This document shows positions 54,885 through 64,000 of a DNA stretch of 64,000 nucleotides, piece by piece; position 1 is the stretch's first letter, and each line of letters opens with the position of its first letter. The stretch spans positions 2,496,001-2,560,000 of the forward strand of contig OZ245817.1 in NCBI GenBank assembly GCA_965228475.1, written 5' to 3'. The position numbers and the translations under genes were made by a program. Source of the stretch: Myxococcota bacterium. GTDB taxonomy: Bacteria; Myxococcota_A; UBA9160; JAFDDA01. The notes beneath the pieces were generated by a model. It was not told where the DNA came from and did no database searches. It worked only from the letters and a program-made list of their open reading frames with translations.

Positions 54885-56287
54885 GCGCCCTCCCCCGGCT
54901 TCGAGCGGGTGAAGAAGTAGGCGACGCCGCCGACGGCCACGGTCAGCAGGCCGAGCGAGGATTCGAGGGGCCGGGCCTCGAAGGCCCAGAACATCGTCCA
55001 GGTCGAGATCGCGAGGAAGAGCAGCGGCGGCAGCGGATAGGCCCAGACCCGGAAGGGCCGCGGCAGATCCGGCCGCCGGATGCGCAGCACGATCACGCTC
55101 GCGACCGCGAGACTCCCGAACAGACTCAGCGTGAACCCGGCGTACTGCATGATCTGGTCCACGGAGCCCGCCAGGATGATCGCGCTCGTCACCAGGCCCT
55201 GGAGGAGAAGCGAGCGCAGCGGGGTGCCGTCGGCCTGGGTCTGCGAGAGGAAGCCGAGCGCGGGTGTGTCGCGCCCGACGGCGTAGTAGACGCGCGGGCC
55301 CGCCAGGGTCATGGCCGAGGCCGAGGCGAGCAGCGAGACCGCGAGAACGAGGATCGTCGCCGTGACGCCGCCTTCGCCGAAGAGGCCCCGCGACGCGACG
55401 AGCCCGACCTCGACCTTGCCGGCCAGCTCGTCGACGGAAGCGCCGTAGAAGTAGACCGCGTTCAGGCCGAGGTAGAGCAGCATCACCGTGGCCGTCCCAA
55501 ACAGCAGCGCCCGCGGAAGCGTCCGCTGGGGCTCCCGCAGCTCGCCCGCGAGATAGGCCGCCGCGTTCCAGCCCGAGTAGCAGAACATCACGAAGATCAG
55601 CGAGGTCGCGAACGCCCCGAGCGCCGCGGTCCCCTCGGGCCGCGCGATCGTCTCCGATGCGCGGAACAGCCCCGCGGCGTCGCCGTCACCGACCGCCGCG
55701 GCGCCGAGCAGGATGCCGAGGATGCCCAGGACCTTCAGGGCGGTGAGGCCGTCGTTGATGCCGAGGCCCGCGCGCATGCGCAGTGCATGGGCGGCGATCA
55801 GCAGCCAGACGAGCCCGACGGCCAGCGTGTCGTTCAACCCGAGCGAACCGACGAGATCGGCGTCGGTCCCGAGCACGGGAAAGAAGTGGCTCCCGTAGCG
55901 GACGAGGCTCTCGAGCGCCGAGGCGATCGGCGCCGAGAAACCGGCCGTCAGCGAAACCAGCGCGCTCATGAACGCGAACGCCCCGCCGAAGGCCTCGCGC
56001 AGGTAGACGTACTCGCCGCCGGCGTGGGGCATGGCGGCGCCGAGCTCGCTGTAGGAGAGCGCGCCGCAGAGCGCGAGCACGCCGCCGAGGATCCACAGCC
56101 CGTAGATCCAGGTCGGGTCGCCGAGGGCCTGGGCCTGGAAGCCGGTCGTGGTGAAGATGCCTGCGCCGATCATGTTGGCGACGACGAGCGCGAAGGCCGA
56201 CCGCAGCGGGATGGAGCGCTTCTGCGCTGCGCCGGCCGCAGGCGCGCCCGAGCCCTGCCCTTGCGGGCCTGCCGGTGAATTGCTCAT
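54881..56287 (-). CDS. APC-family amino acid permease
   Basis: NMIGAGIF, ELGAAMPHAGGEY, YSGWN, GPRVYY, RPFRV; about 12 TM helices. Confidence 0.92.
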   Translation of the reverse strand: MSNSPAGPQGQGSGAPAAGAAQKRSIPLRSAFALVVANMIGAGIFTTTGFQAQALGDPTWIYGLWILGGVLALCGALSYSELGAAMPHAGGEYVYLREAFGGAFAFMSALVSLTAGFSAPIASALESLVRYGSHFFPVLGTDADLVGSLGLNDTLAVGLVWLLIAAHALRMRAGLGINDGLTALKVLGILGILLGAAAVGDGDAAGLFRASETIARPEGTAALGAFATSLIFVMFCYSGWNAAAYLAGELREPQRTLPRALLFGTATVMLLYLGLNAVYFYGASVDELAGKVEVGLVASRGLFGEGGVTATILVLAVSLLASASAMTLAGPRVYYAVGRDTPALGFLSQTQADGTPLRSLLLQGLVTSAIILAGSVDQIMQYAGFTLSLFGSLAVASVIVLRIRRPDLPRPFRVWAYPLPPLLFLAISTWTMFWAFEARPLESSLGLLTVAVGGVAYFFTRSKPGEGA

Positions 56288-56422
56288 GGGCGCCTCATCC
56301 CCCGATCCCGTGCACAAGTGGTACGCTGCCGCGCCGGCCGACGCCGCAGTCTAACCACCCCCCGCACGATCGAGGAGTCCCGATCCGATGAAGCCCTTCG
56401 CCGCCCCGGGAGCGTCGACCCG

Positions 56423-57154
56423 ATGAAGTCCTACGCCGCTCCGCTCGGGCTCGTCGCCGTGCTGCTCGCGGGTGCCAACGTCTACCAGTGGCAGACGGCC
56501 GCGTGGTCCTCGGACCGGACGATCGCCGACCGCTTCACCTACGTCTGGGCCAACCAGCCCGACACCTGGTACCAGAACACCTTCATGGGGATCCAGACCT
56601 GGCAGAATCCCCTCGACGTCTGGGTGACCCTCGAGATCATCTGGGACGTCAAGCCCGATGCCATCCTCGAGACCGGCACCTTCAAGGGCGGCAGCGCCCT
56701 GCTCTGGGCGATGTTCCTCGAGCACGCCAACCCGAACGGCCGGGTCGTGACGATCGACCTCCACCCCCAGGCCTTCGACGCGCGCCGCCGCAAGCTCGCC
56801 ATCGAACGCATCGACTTCCACTACGGGAGCAGCACCGACGAAGAGATCGTCGGCAAGGTCTACGAGCAGCTCGAGGGCCAGAAGGTGCTCGCGATCCTGG
56901 ATTCCTGGCACGCGAAGGATCACGTGCTCGGGGAGCTCCGGGCCTTCGCGGATCTGATCCCGGTCGGCAGCTACATCATCGTCCAGGACGGCGCCGTCTG
57001 CGGCCACCCGCTCGACGACGCCGAGCCCTGCCCCGGCCCCTACGAGGCCGTTGAGGCGTTCCTCGCCGAAGACGACCGCTACGTCCCGATCCGGGAGCAC
57101 GAGCGCCACCTGATGACCGCGAACCCCATGGGCTTCCTCAAGCGGGTGAAATGA
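56423..57154 (+). CDS. CmcI/cephalosporin-hydroxylase-family SAM methyltransferase with N-terminal hydrophobic segment
   Basis: QNPLD, KPDAILETGTFKGGSAL, ILDSWH..HVLGEL, GSYIIVQD, GPYEAV, NPMGFLKR. Confidence 0.88.
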   Translation: MKSYAAPLGLVAVLLAGANVYQWQTAAWSSDRTIADRFTYVWANQPDTWYQNTFMGIQTWQNPLDVWVTLEIIWDVKPDAILETGTFKGGSALLWAMFLEHANPNGRVVTIDLHPQAFDARRRKLAIERIDFHYGSSTDEEIVGKVYEQLEGQKVLAILDSWHAKDHVLGELRAFADLIPVGSYIIVQDGAVCGHPLDDAEPCPGPYEAVEAFLAEDDRYVPIREHERHLMTANPMGFLKRVK

Positions 57155-57789
57155 CGGGAGCAGCCTCCGAGAGGCGGCGGAAGCCGACGGGCGACACGCG
57201 GGAGCGCATCCTCGAGGTCGCCGAGGAGCTGGTGGCCCGGCACGGCATGGAAGGCCTGCGGCTGAAGGACGTGGCCGAGCGCGTCGGGATCCAGCCGCCC
57301 TCGGTCTTCGCCCACTTCGGCGGGCGCGAGGCGATCGGCGACGCCGTCGCCCACCGCGTGCTGTCCCGGATCGCCGAAGCGCTCGGCGCCGAACTCTCCC
57401 GGCCGGACTCCCCCGAGCGGCGCCTGCGCGCGGGCGTCCGCACCGTCGCCGAGCACCTCTACGATCACCCCGGTCACACGCGGCTGATCCTGCGCGACCT
57501 CGCCCGCACGCGGACCGGCGACGAACTCTCCCTCTGGTCGCCGGAGGTCGTCCGCCTCGTCGACCAGGTCGATGCCCTGCTCGCGGAGGGCGCCCGCGAA
57601 GGAGCCTTCCGCGAGGTTCCAACGACCTCGTTCTTCCCCATGATCGAGGGCGCCATCGTCGCGATGATCGGCTGGGCAGGCTTCCAGGAGGACGGCCGCC
57701 CCTCGACGTCCGCCTCCCGCGCACAGATCGTCGAACGCGTCGAAGACCTCGCCTGGAGCTACGTCCGGCCGGTAGCCGCGCCGAGCTAG
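57151..57789 (+). CDS. TetR/AcrR family transcriptional regulator
   Basis: TRERILEVAEEL..LKDVAERVGIQPPSVFAHF HTH; ATGA coupling. Confidence 0.92.
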   Translation: MTGAASERRRKPTGDTRERILEVAEELVARHGMEGLRLKDVAERVGIQPPSVFAHFGGREAIGDAVAHRVLSRIAEALGAELSRPDSPERRLRAGVRTVAEHLYDHPGHTRLILRDLARTRTGDELSLWSPEVVRLVDQVDALLAEGAREGAFREVPTTSFFPMIEGAIVAMIGWAGFQEDGRPSTSASRAQIVERVEDLAWSYVRPVAAPS

Positions 57790-58367
57790 ATCTCCGCGCG
57801 CTGCGCCTCGGGCCCCCAGGCCTGGAAGACGCGCTCGGCGTAGCGGCGCGGGATCGGATGCCCGCGGCGCAGGAGCCGCGCCACGCGGGTCGGGCCGGCG
57901 TTGTAGGCCGCGAGCGCCACCTGCACGTCGCCGAAGCGATCGATCAGCTCCTCCAGGTAGCGCACGCCGAGGCGCACGTTCTGGACCGGGTCATAGAGGG
58001 TTTCGGGCCCCTGCCACGGGATGCCGTGGTCGAGGGCCAGGTGGAGGCCGGTGTTCGGGAGGAGCTGCATGAGGCCCCGGGCGCCGGCGTGGGAGCGCGC
58101 GCGGATCCGGCCGCCGCTCTCGACCTCGATCACGGCCAGGACCATGGCCGGGGAGAGCCCGGCCCGCTCGGCTTCGTCCACGACGGCCGGGACGAGGCGG
58201 GCCAGGTCGCGATCGGTCAGGCCCGTCGTGCGGGCCTCGAAGTACTCGCGGACCGCGGCCTCGGGATTGCGCTCGAGGGCCGTCGCTCCCGGCATCTCGG
58301 CCGGAACCCAGTGCACCGAGGTGAGCACCAGGCTCACCGCGAACAGCAGCGCGTAGCGTCCACGCAT
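57786..58367 (-). CDS. Lytic transglycosylase (SLT domain)
   Basis: AVIEVES, GARGLMQL, NVRLGVRYL, ALAAYNAGP; GAGGAG RBS. Confidence 0.92.
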   Translation of the reverse strand: MRGRYALLFAVSLVLTSVHWVPAEMPGATALERNPEAAVREYFEARTTGLTDRDLARLVPAVVDEAERAGLSPAMVLAVIEVESGGRIRARSHAGARGLMQLLPNTGLHLALDHGIPWQGPETLYDPVQNVRLGVRYLEELIDRFGDVQVALAAYNAGPTRVARLLRRGHPIPRRYAERVFQAWGPEAQRAEI

Positions 58368-58728
58368 CTTGGACTCCTCGGGCTCCCGCCTCGAGCCGGA
58401 CCCTGCAGCGAAGCCGCAGGCTCGGCTCTCGATGGGTGCCCTCGACGCCCCTTCGGGCATCGCGGCGTTCCGTCCTGGGATTGTACCCGCCTCGGGGCTC
58501 CCGGTTTCAACCCCGGGGGCCCTGGCCGGGCGGTTTCGTCCCAGGGGGCGGCCTGGGCCCGCCCTCACGGATCTTCACGGCCGATCATCCAGGGCCCTTG
58601 ACCGCCTCGGTCACAGAGTGCCCCCGCGGGGACTCTCGTGGAAGCCGGGGCGGGCCTGCCGCGAATCTTCTGCACGTTTCGCGCTGGCCGACCGATCGGT
58701 AAGCTGGGCGCGCGCCCTGGAGCCCCGC

Positions 58729-60213
58729 ATGGCAACCGAACCCGTCGACAGCGCCGTTCTCGAGACCGCCCCCCTCGCCCCCGGCGAGCTCTTCCGCATC
58801 TGGTCGAAGCACCTGACCTCGCTCTTCCTCCCCGGCCTGAGCCTCGCCTTCGTCCTGACCGGCCCGCACGCGTGGTGGGTCGCGATCCTCTTCGTGCTCC
58901 CGACCGTCTTCATGCACCACGTCGACTGCTCGCTGAAAGTCGAGCGTCGGCAGCCGTCGCGAAGCGTTCCGGCCTGGCCCTTCGACGCGCTCGTCTACGT
59001 GCTGGCGGGGCTGCAGGTCTGGGTGATCGTCGAACTCGTCCGCATGTTCGCCGCCGGCCAGGGCATCTTCTCGGTCGACATGGTGATGACGTTCCTCGTC
59101 GTCGGCGGGAGCAGCGGTTTCTCCATCATCACCGCCCACGAGCTGATCCACCGCCCGCGCAAGTGGGAGCAGCAGATCGGGCGGCTCCTGCTCTCCCTCG
59201 TGCTCTACGAGCACTTCTACACCGAGCACCTGCGCGGCCATCACGTGCGCGTCGGCACCGCCGACGACCCGGCCACCGCGCGCTTCGGCGAGCGCTACGA
59301 GCCCTTCTTCCGGCGCACCGTGCCGGCCCAGTTCAGGAGCGCCTGGCGCCTCGAGACCCGGCGCCTCGGCGACGAGAACATGTCGCTCTTCGACGCCCGC
59401 CAGCTCGGCAACCGCGTCCTCCACGGCCTCGTCTTCGAGTGGGGGCTCGCCCTCGCGGTCCTCGGCTTCTTCGGCATCGCGGCCTTCGTGGCCTTCGTGG
59501 TGCAGGCTTTCATGGCGGTCCGCCTGCTCGAGGCCGTGAACTACTTCGAGCACTGGGGCCTCCAGCGCCGGGGCAACCGCGTCGCCCCCGTCGACTCCTG
59601 GGACACCCACGGCTGGTTCACCTACTACGGCCTCGTCGGACTCTCGCGCCACGCGGACCACCACGCCTATCCGATCCGCCCCTACCAGAAGCTCCGCGTC
59701 TGGGAGGAGGCCCCGGTCCTCCCTTACGGCTACGTCGGCACCGTCGACCAGGTCATGGCGAAGAACGACGAGTTCATGGAGACGGCGACGGTCGAGCTCG
59801 GGCGCCGCCGCCTCGGGCCGTTCTTCGAGGAGGGCGCCGAGCCGCTCTCGAAGGAAGCGTCCCTCGCGCGCCTCGCGGAGGCGGCGGAGGCCGAAGGCGG
59901 CGAGACGACCTACGGGCCGATCAGCGCGCTGCGCGCCTTCTTCGGATGGTTCCGTTCGCCCGCACGCATCGCCGGCCTCGTCATCGGCATGGCCTTGCTC
60001 TCGGCGGGCCTCGTGTACCTCGAGACCGGCGCGGCCGCGATGGGCCTCGGCGCGCGGGCGCTGCTCCACCTGTGGATCTTCGCGTCGGTTGCGGTGTTCA
60101 TCTTCATCGGGCACCAACTGAACGTGAGGACCGAGCACGAGTCCTTCTCCTGGAGCGTGGCCATGGCCGTGCTCGCCGTACTCGGTACGGCTTCGGGAGC
60201 CCTCATCGGCTGA
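58729..60213 (+). CDS. Alkane 1-monooxygenase (AlkB)-like membrane di-iron enzyme with C-terminal membrane extension
   Basis: His boxes HELIH, EHLRGHH, NYFEHWG, LSRHADHHA; DPATARFGE; PVLPYGY. Confidence 0.88.
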   Translation: MATEPVDSAVLETAPLAPGELFRIWSKHLTSLFLPGLSLAFVLTGPHAWWVAILFVLPTVFMHHVDCSLKVERRQPSRSVPAWPFDALVYVLAGLQVWVIVELVRMFAAGQGIFSVDMVMTFLVVGGSSGFSIITAHELIHRPRKWEQQIGRLLLSLVLYEHFYTEHLRGHHVRVGTADDPATARFGERYEPFFRRTVPAQFRSAWRLETRRLGDENMSLFDARQLGNRVLHGLVFEWGLALAVLGFFGIAAFVAFVVQAFMAVRLLEAVNYFEHWGLQRRGNRVAPVDSWDTHGWFTYYGLVGLSRHADHHAYPIRPYQKLRVWEEAPVLPYGYVGTVDQVMAKNDEFMETATVELGRRRLGPFFEEGAEPLSKEASLARLAEAAEAEGGETTYGPISALRAFFGWFRSPARIAGLVIGMALLSAGLVYLETGAAAMGLGARALLHLWIFASVAVFIFIGHQLNVRTEHESFSWSVAMAVLAVLGTASGALIG

Positions 60214-60259
60214 GGCGCGGGCGTGTCCGAACGAGGCACTCCCGGCACGGGAGGCCCGG

Positions 60260-60727
60260 ATGGCCTGGAAGAACTGGCGCAAGGAAGTGCCGGACGTCGC
60301 CGTCGACTTCACCTGCTTCGACGTCAAGCGCCGCACGACCGGCCAGAAGCACGTCCTCTTCCGCCTGGTCGACCCGCTCGTCGTCACGCGCCACGACACC
60401 GGCGAGACGCTCGAGCTCGCGCCGGGCTTCCTGAGCGACGGCTCGAGCGTCCCCGGCGCGCTCTGGGGCGCCCTCCACGCCGATCCGGCGGACCTGCTCG
60501 TTCCCGGCTTCGCCCACGACTACGCCTACCGGAAGAAGGCCGTCTGGCGGAAACCCGGCGGCGCGACGCGCGAGATCGACCGCTACCAGGCCGACCTCCT
60601 CCACATCGCCGTGTGCCGACGCCTACGCATCCGGAAGTCCGACCAGGAGAAGATCTTCTTCGCCCTGCGGGTGGCCGGCGGCTTCTCCTATCGCAACCGG
60701 AAGATCGGCTGGGACGGCACGGGCTAG
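60260..60727 (+). CDS. DUF1353-like protein
   Basis: PGFLSDGSSVP, AHDYAY, RYQADLL, ALRVAGG; GGAGG RBS. Confidence 0.75.
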   Translation: MAWKNWRKEVPDVAVDFTCFDVKRRTTGQKHVLFRLVDPLVVTRHDTGETLELAPGFLSDGSSVPGALWGALHADPADLLVPGFAHDYAYRKKAVWRKPGGATREIDRYQADLLHIAVCRRLRIRKSDQEKIFFALRVAGGFSYRNRKIGWDGTG

Positions 60728-60783
60728 CGCCAGGCCGACGCGCCGCTTGCGCCCGCTGCACCCGCGCTCGTAGGATCGAGCGC

Positions 60784-63006
60784 ATGAAACGATCGTCTCG
60801 GGTGCTGTACGGCCTCTTCGTTCTGATCGCGGCGCTCGCGAGCGGTTGCGGCGGTGAGCGCACCGCGGGCGAGATCACGGGGGAACCCCGTCCGCCCGAG
60901 GCGGTGGCGGCGGCCGCCGCCGCCCAGGCGCAGGCTCGCGAAGCACTCGCGCTGCGCTCGGCCTCTGCTCCCGCCGAGAAGGCGATCCTCTTCGGCGACC
61001 TCCACGTCCACACGACCTGGTCCTTCGACGCCTTCCTCTATTCGCTGCCCGTCACCGGCGGCGAGGGTGCCTACCCGCCCGCGGACGCCTGCGACTTCGC
61101 GCGCCACTGCTCGGCCCTCGACTTCTACGCCCTCACCGACCACGCCGAGAACCTGACGCCCGCGCACTGGGCCGCGGAGAAGGAGAGCGTGCGCCAGTGC
61201 AACGCGCGCGCGGGCAACCCGGAGGATCCGGACCTCGTCGCCTTCACCGGCTTCGAGTGGACCCAGGTCGGCTTGACGCCCGAGACCCACTGGGGCCACA
61301 AGAACGTGATCTTCCCGGGCACCGGCGAAGACGAACTCCCAGCGCGGCCGATCGGCTCCGTCGACGGGGAAGGCGGCCTCGTCTCGGGCTTCGAACCCAT
61401 CGGCGGCCTGCGCTGGATCGACCCGCTCGGATTCGGGGAGTACGCGGACTTCCTGTGGCTTCTCGACGAGCTCGCCGCCCAGCCGCGCTGCGAGAAGGGC
61501 GTCGATACCCGCTCGCTCCCCACCGAGTGCATGGAGTCGGCCACGACGCCCGCGGCGCTCTTCGAGAAGCTCGACCAGTGGGGCTTCGATGCCCTCGTCA
61601 TCCCCCACGGCACGGCCTGGGGGACGTACACGCCGCCCGGCACGACGATCGACAAGCACCTCACGGCCGAGCAGCACGACCCCGAGCGGCAGGGCCTCGT
61701 CGAGATCATGTCCGGGCACGGGAACTCGGAGGAGTACCGCCCCTGGAACTCCGTCGAAACGGGTCCGGACGGCGCACCGATCTGCCCCGAGCCGAGCGCG
61801 GACTTCCTGCCCTGCTGCTGGCGCGCGGGCCAGATCATGCGCGAGCGCTGCGGCGACCTCCCCGAGGCCGAGTGCGAGGCGCGCGTGGAGCTCGCCCAGC
61901 AGCTCACGCTCGCGGCGAACGTCTCGCATCAGCTCGTGTTCCCGGACACCCGCGCCGAAGACTGGCTCGACTGCGACCAGTGCCGCGACTGCTTCAAGCC
62001 CGCCTTCGGCCTGCGCCCGAAGGAGACGGTCCAGTACGCGATGGCGCTCTCGAACCCCGAGGCCACCGACGAGAACGGAGACCCGCTGCGCTTCCGGTTC
62101 GGCTTCCTCTCCTCGAGCGACAACCACTCCGCGCGGCCGGGAACCGGCTACAAGCAGTACGAACGGCGCCGCATGACCGACGCGCGCGGCGTGCGCTCGG
62201 CGTTCTACGAGAGCCTCGTCCGCCCCGAGCCGGACGTCGACCCCCAGGTGCCCCAGCCCGTCGAGGTCCGCGGCGGCCTGACCGACCGCGATACCGAGCG
62301 GGTGCAGAGCTACTTCTACACGGGCGGCCTGGTCGCCCTGCACAGCGAGGGGCGCAGCCGCGAAGCGATCTGGCGCGCGCTCAAGGCCCGCGAGGTCTAC
62401 GGCACGAGCGGCCCGCGCATCCTGCTCTGGTTCGACCTGCTGAACGGCCCCGGCGGCCCGGCCCCCATGGGCAGCGAGCACGACTTCGCGGGGATCCCGC
62501 TCTTCGAGGTGCGCGCCCTCGGCGCCTTCGAACAGAAGCCCGGCTGCCCGGAGTCCGCGACGTCGGCCCTTCCCGCCGACCGCATCGAACGCCTCTGCCG
62601 CGGCGAGTGCCACAACCCGAGCGACACGCGCCACCCGATCGTCGCCCTCGAGATCATCCGCATCCGGCCCCAGGTGCACGCGGGTGAGGACGTCGGTGAG
62701 CTCATCGAAGACCCGTGGAAGCGCATCGCCTGCGAGCCGACGCCCGAAGGCTGCGTCGCCCGCTTCGAGGACGCCGAGTACCCGACCCTCGGCCGCGACG
62801 TCCTCTACTACGCCCGCGCCATCCAGGAAGAGACCCCGGCCATCAACGGCGCCCAGCTGCGCACCACCTTCGACGAAGCCGGCAACGCCCTCGCCACCGA
62901 CCCGTGTTACGGCGACTACCGCACCGACTTCGGCGAGAACTGCCTCGCACCCGTCTCCGAGCGCGCCTGGTCCTCGCCGATCTTCCTGAACGCGAAAGCC
63001 CGCTGA
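60784..63006 (+). CDS. DUF3604-like lipoprotein (PHP-type metal-binding fold)
   Basis: LASG-C lipobox; FGDLHVHTTWSFDA, LTDHAE, GFEWT, HKNV, SSDNHSARPG, EVYGTSGPRI, YYARA, ERAWSSPI. Confidence 0.85.
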   Translation: MKRSSRVLYGLFVLIAALASGCGGERTAGEITGEPRPPEAVAAAAAAQAQAREALALRSASAPAEKAILFGDLHVHTTWSFDAFLYSLPVTGGEGAYPPADACDFARHCSALDFYALTDHAENLTPAHWAAEKESVRQCNARAGNPEDPDLVAFTGFEWTQVGLTPETHWGHKNVIFPGTGEDELPARPIGSVDGEGGLVSGFEPIGGLRWIDPLGFGEYADFLWLLDELAAQPRCEKGVDTRSLPTECMESATTPAALFEKLDQWGFDALVIPHGTAWGTYTPPGTTIDKHLTAEQHDPERQGLVEIMSGHGNSEEYRPWNSVETGPDGAPICPEPSADFLPCCWRAGQIMRERCGDLPEAECEARVELAQQLTLAANVSHQLVFPDTRAEDWLDCDQCRDCFKPAFGLRPKETVQYAMALSNPEATDENGDPLRFRFGFLSSSDNHSARPGTGYKQYERRRMTDARGVRSAFYESLVRPEPDVDPQVPQPVEVRGGLTDRDTERVQSYFYTGGLVALHSEGRSREAIWRALKAREVYGTSGPRILLWFDLLNGPGGPAPMGSEHDFAGIPLFEVRALGAFEQKPGCPESATSALPADRIERLCRGECHNPSDTRHPIVALEIIRIRPQVHAGEDVGELIEDPWKRIACEPTPEGCVARFEDAEYPTLGRDVLYYARAIQEETPAINGAQLRTTFDEAGNALATDPCYGDYRTDFGENCLAPVSERAWSSPIFLNAKAR

Positions 63007-63038
63007 GACCGCCCGCACCCCCGGCCCAAGGAGCCCCC

Positions 63039-63869
63039 GTGCCCGATTCCGATGCCTACGAAACCCTCGACGTCCGCGTCGAGGACCACCTGTGCTGGCT
63101 GACCCTCGACCGGCCCGAGTCGCTCAACGCGATGAGCCGCCAGCTCGTGACGGACCTGCGGGACTTCCTCGCGCGGCTCCCCGAGCGGCGCGACATCCGC
63201 GTCGTGCTGCTACGTGGCGCCGGGCGTGCCTTTTGCGCGGGTCTCGACCTCAAGGAAGCATCCGCCGCTCCCTCGGGCGCCGAGGCGGGCGAATCGGGCA
63301 CGAACCGCGTCGGGGCCGGCCTGCGCGCGCAGCGGCGCATCTCGGAACTCGTGATCGCCATGCGGCGCGCGCCGCAGCCCTTCATCGCGTGCGTCCACGG
63401 GGCGGCCAGCGGAGGCGGCTTCGCCCTCGCGCTCGCCTCGGACGTCCGCATCGCCGGCGAATCCGCACGAATGAACGCCGCCTTCATCCGCATCGGCCTG
63501 TCCGCCTGCGACATCGGCGTGAGCTACTTCCTGCCGCGCCTGGTCGGCGCCTCCCTGGCTTCCGAGCTCCTGCTGACGGGGAAGTTCATCGGCGCCGAGC
63601 GGGCCCTCGCCCGCGGCCTCGTTTCCGACGTGGTGCCGGACGACGAACTCGACGCCGCGGGCGAAACGCTCGCGCGAGAAATCCTGCGCAACTCACCCCT
63701 GGGCGTGAAGCTCACCAAGGAAGCCCTCGGCATGAGCCTCGACGCGGGCAGCCTCGAGCAGGTCATCGCCATGGAAGACCGCAACCAGATGCTCTGCGTC
63801 CAGTCACCCGACGTCATCGAAGGAATGAAGGCGTTCCTGGAGAAGCGGACGCCGAGCTACACGGACTGA
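63039..63869 (+). CDS. Enoyl-CoA hydratase/isomerase family protein
   Basis: LTLDRPESLNAM, AFCAGLDL, GGGFALALASDVR, AFLEKR; AAGGAG RBS. Confidence 0.93.
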   Translation: MPDSDAYETLDVRVEDHLCWLTLDRPESLNAMSRQLVTDLRDFLARLPERRDIRVVLLRGAGRAFCAGLDLKEASAAPSGAEAGESGTNRVGAGLRAQRRISELVIAMRRAPQPFIACVHGAASGGGFALALASDVRIAGESARMNAAFIRIGLSACDIGVSYFLPRLVGASLASELLLTGKFIGAERALARGLVSDVVPDDELDAAGETLAREILRNSPLGVKLTKEALGMSLDAGSLEQVIAMEDRNQMLCVQSPDVIEGMKAFLEKRTPSYTD

Positions 63870-63917
63870 AGGCTACGTCGATGGAGGGGGTGGGATCGCC
63901 AAAGGACGGAGCGAAAG

Positions 63918-63993
63918 TGGTGACCCCAACGGGGTTCGAACCCGTGTTACCGCCTTGAAAGGGCGGAGTCCTAGGCCTCTAGACGATGGGGTC
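63918..63993 (-). tRNA. tRNA-Glu (TTC), CCA encoded
   Basis: GACCCCA acceptor stem, anticodon arm CCGCC-CT-TTC-AA-GGCGG, T-loop GGTTCGAA, 3' ACCA; 76 nt. Confidence 0.97.
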
Positions 63994-64000
63994 ACGGCGG

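Noticed and set aside
60260..60727. DUF1353-like gene and nearby SLT as a prophage remnant
   Set aside because: No structural, terminase or integrase genes; host-like composition; the SLT has a normal export signal

Overview
High-GC bacterial chromosomal window with about 50 densely packed CDS, one tRNA-Glu and a cobalamin riboswitch. No rRNA, CRISPR array, integrase or transposase was seen. Gene content (PEP-CTERM/exosortase, a Cys-type C-terminal sorting motif, a DUF3604-like lipoprotein) suggests a Myxococcota-like organism; this is an inference, not a search result. Bases 1-~8170 are visibly less GC-rich and carry a minus-strand signalling cassette: a PilZ + LuxD-like thioesterase + SAM-methyltransferase fusion, a membrane HK-REC-HK kinase, a REC-GAF-pseudokinase and a wHTH-AAA regulator. 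Its layout resembles the Ralstonia phcBSRQ fatty-acid-methyl-ester quorum-sensing operon, but with a c-di-GMP-binding domain on the putative synthase. The second highlight is a 1351-aa surface protein (44097-48152) that reads as a polyprotein: an internal Cys-TM-Arg sorting signal is followed in frame by a second signal peptide and a complete PEP-CTERM protein. It sits beside a carbamoyltransferase/SxtJ/SxtK-like triad and an exosortase/EpsI pair. Other observations are a doubly pseudo-enzymatic 943-aa protein with a charge-blocked disordered linker, a CTAG-flanked MITE-like hairpin, a recurring sigma28-like motif and a probable CTG start. All calls come from motif recognition by eye, and start codons were often moved from the supplied ORF track using RBS, coupling or signal-peptide evidence.
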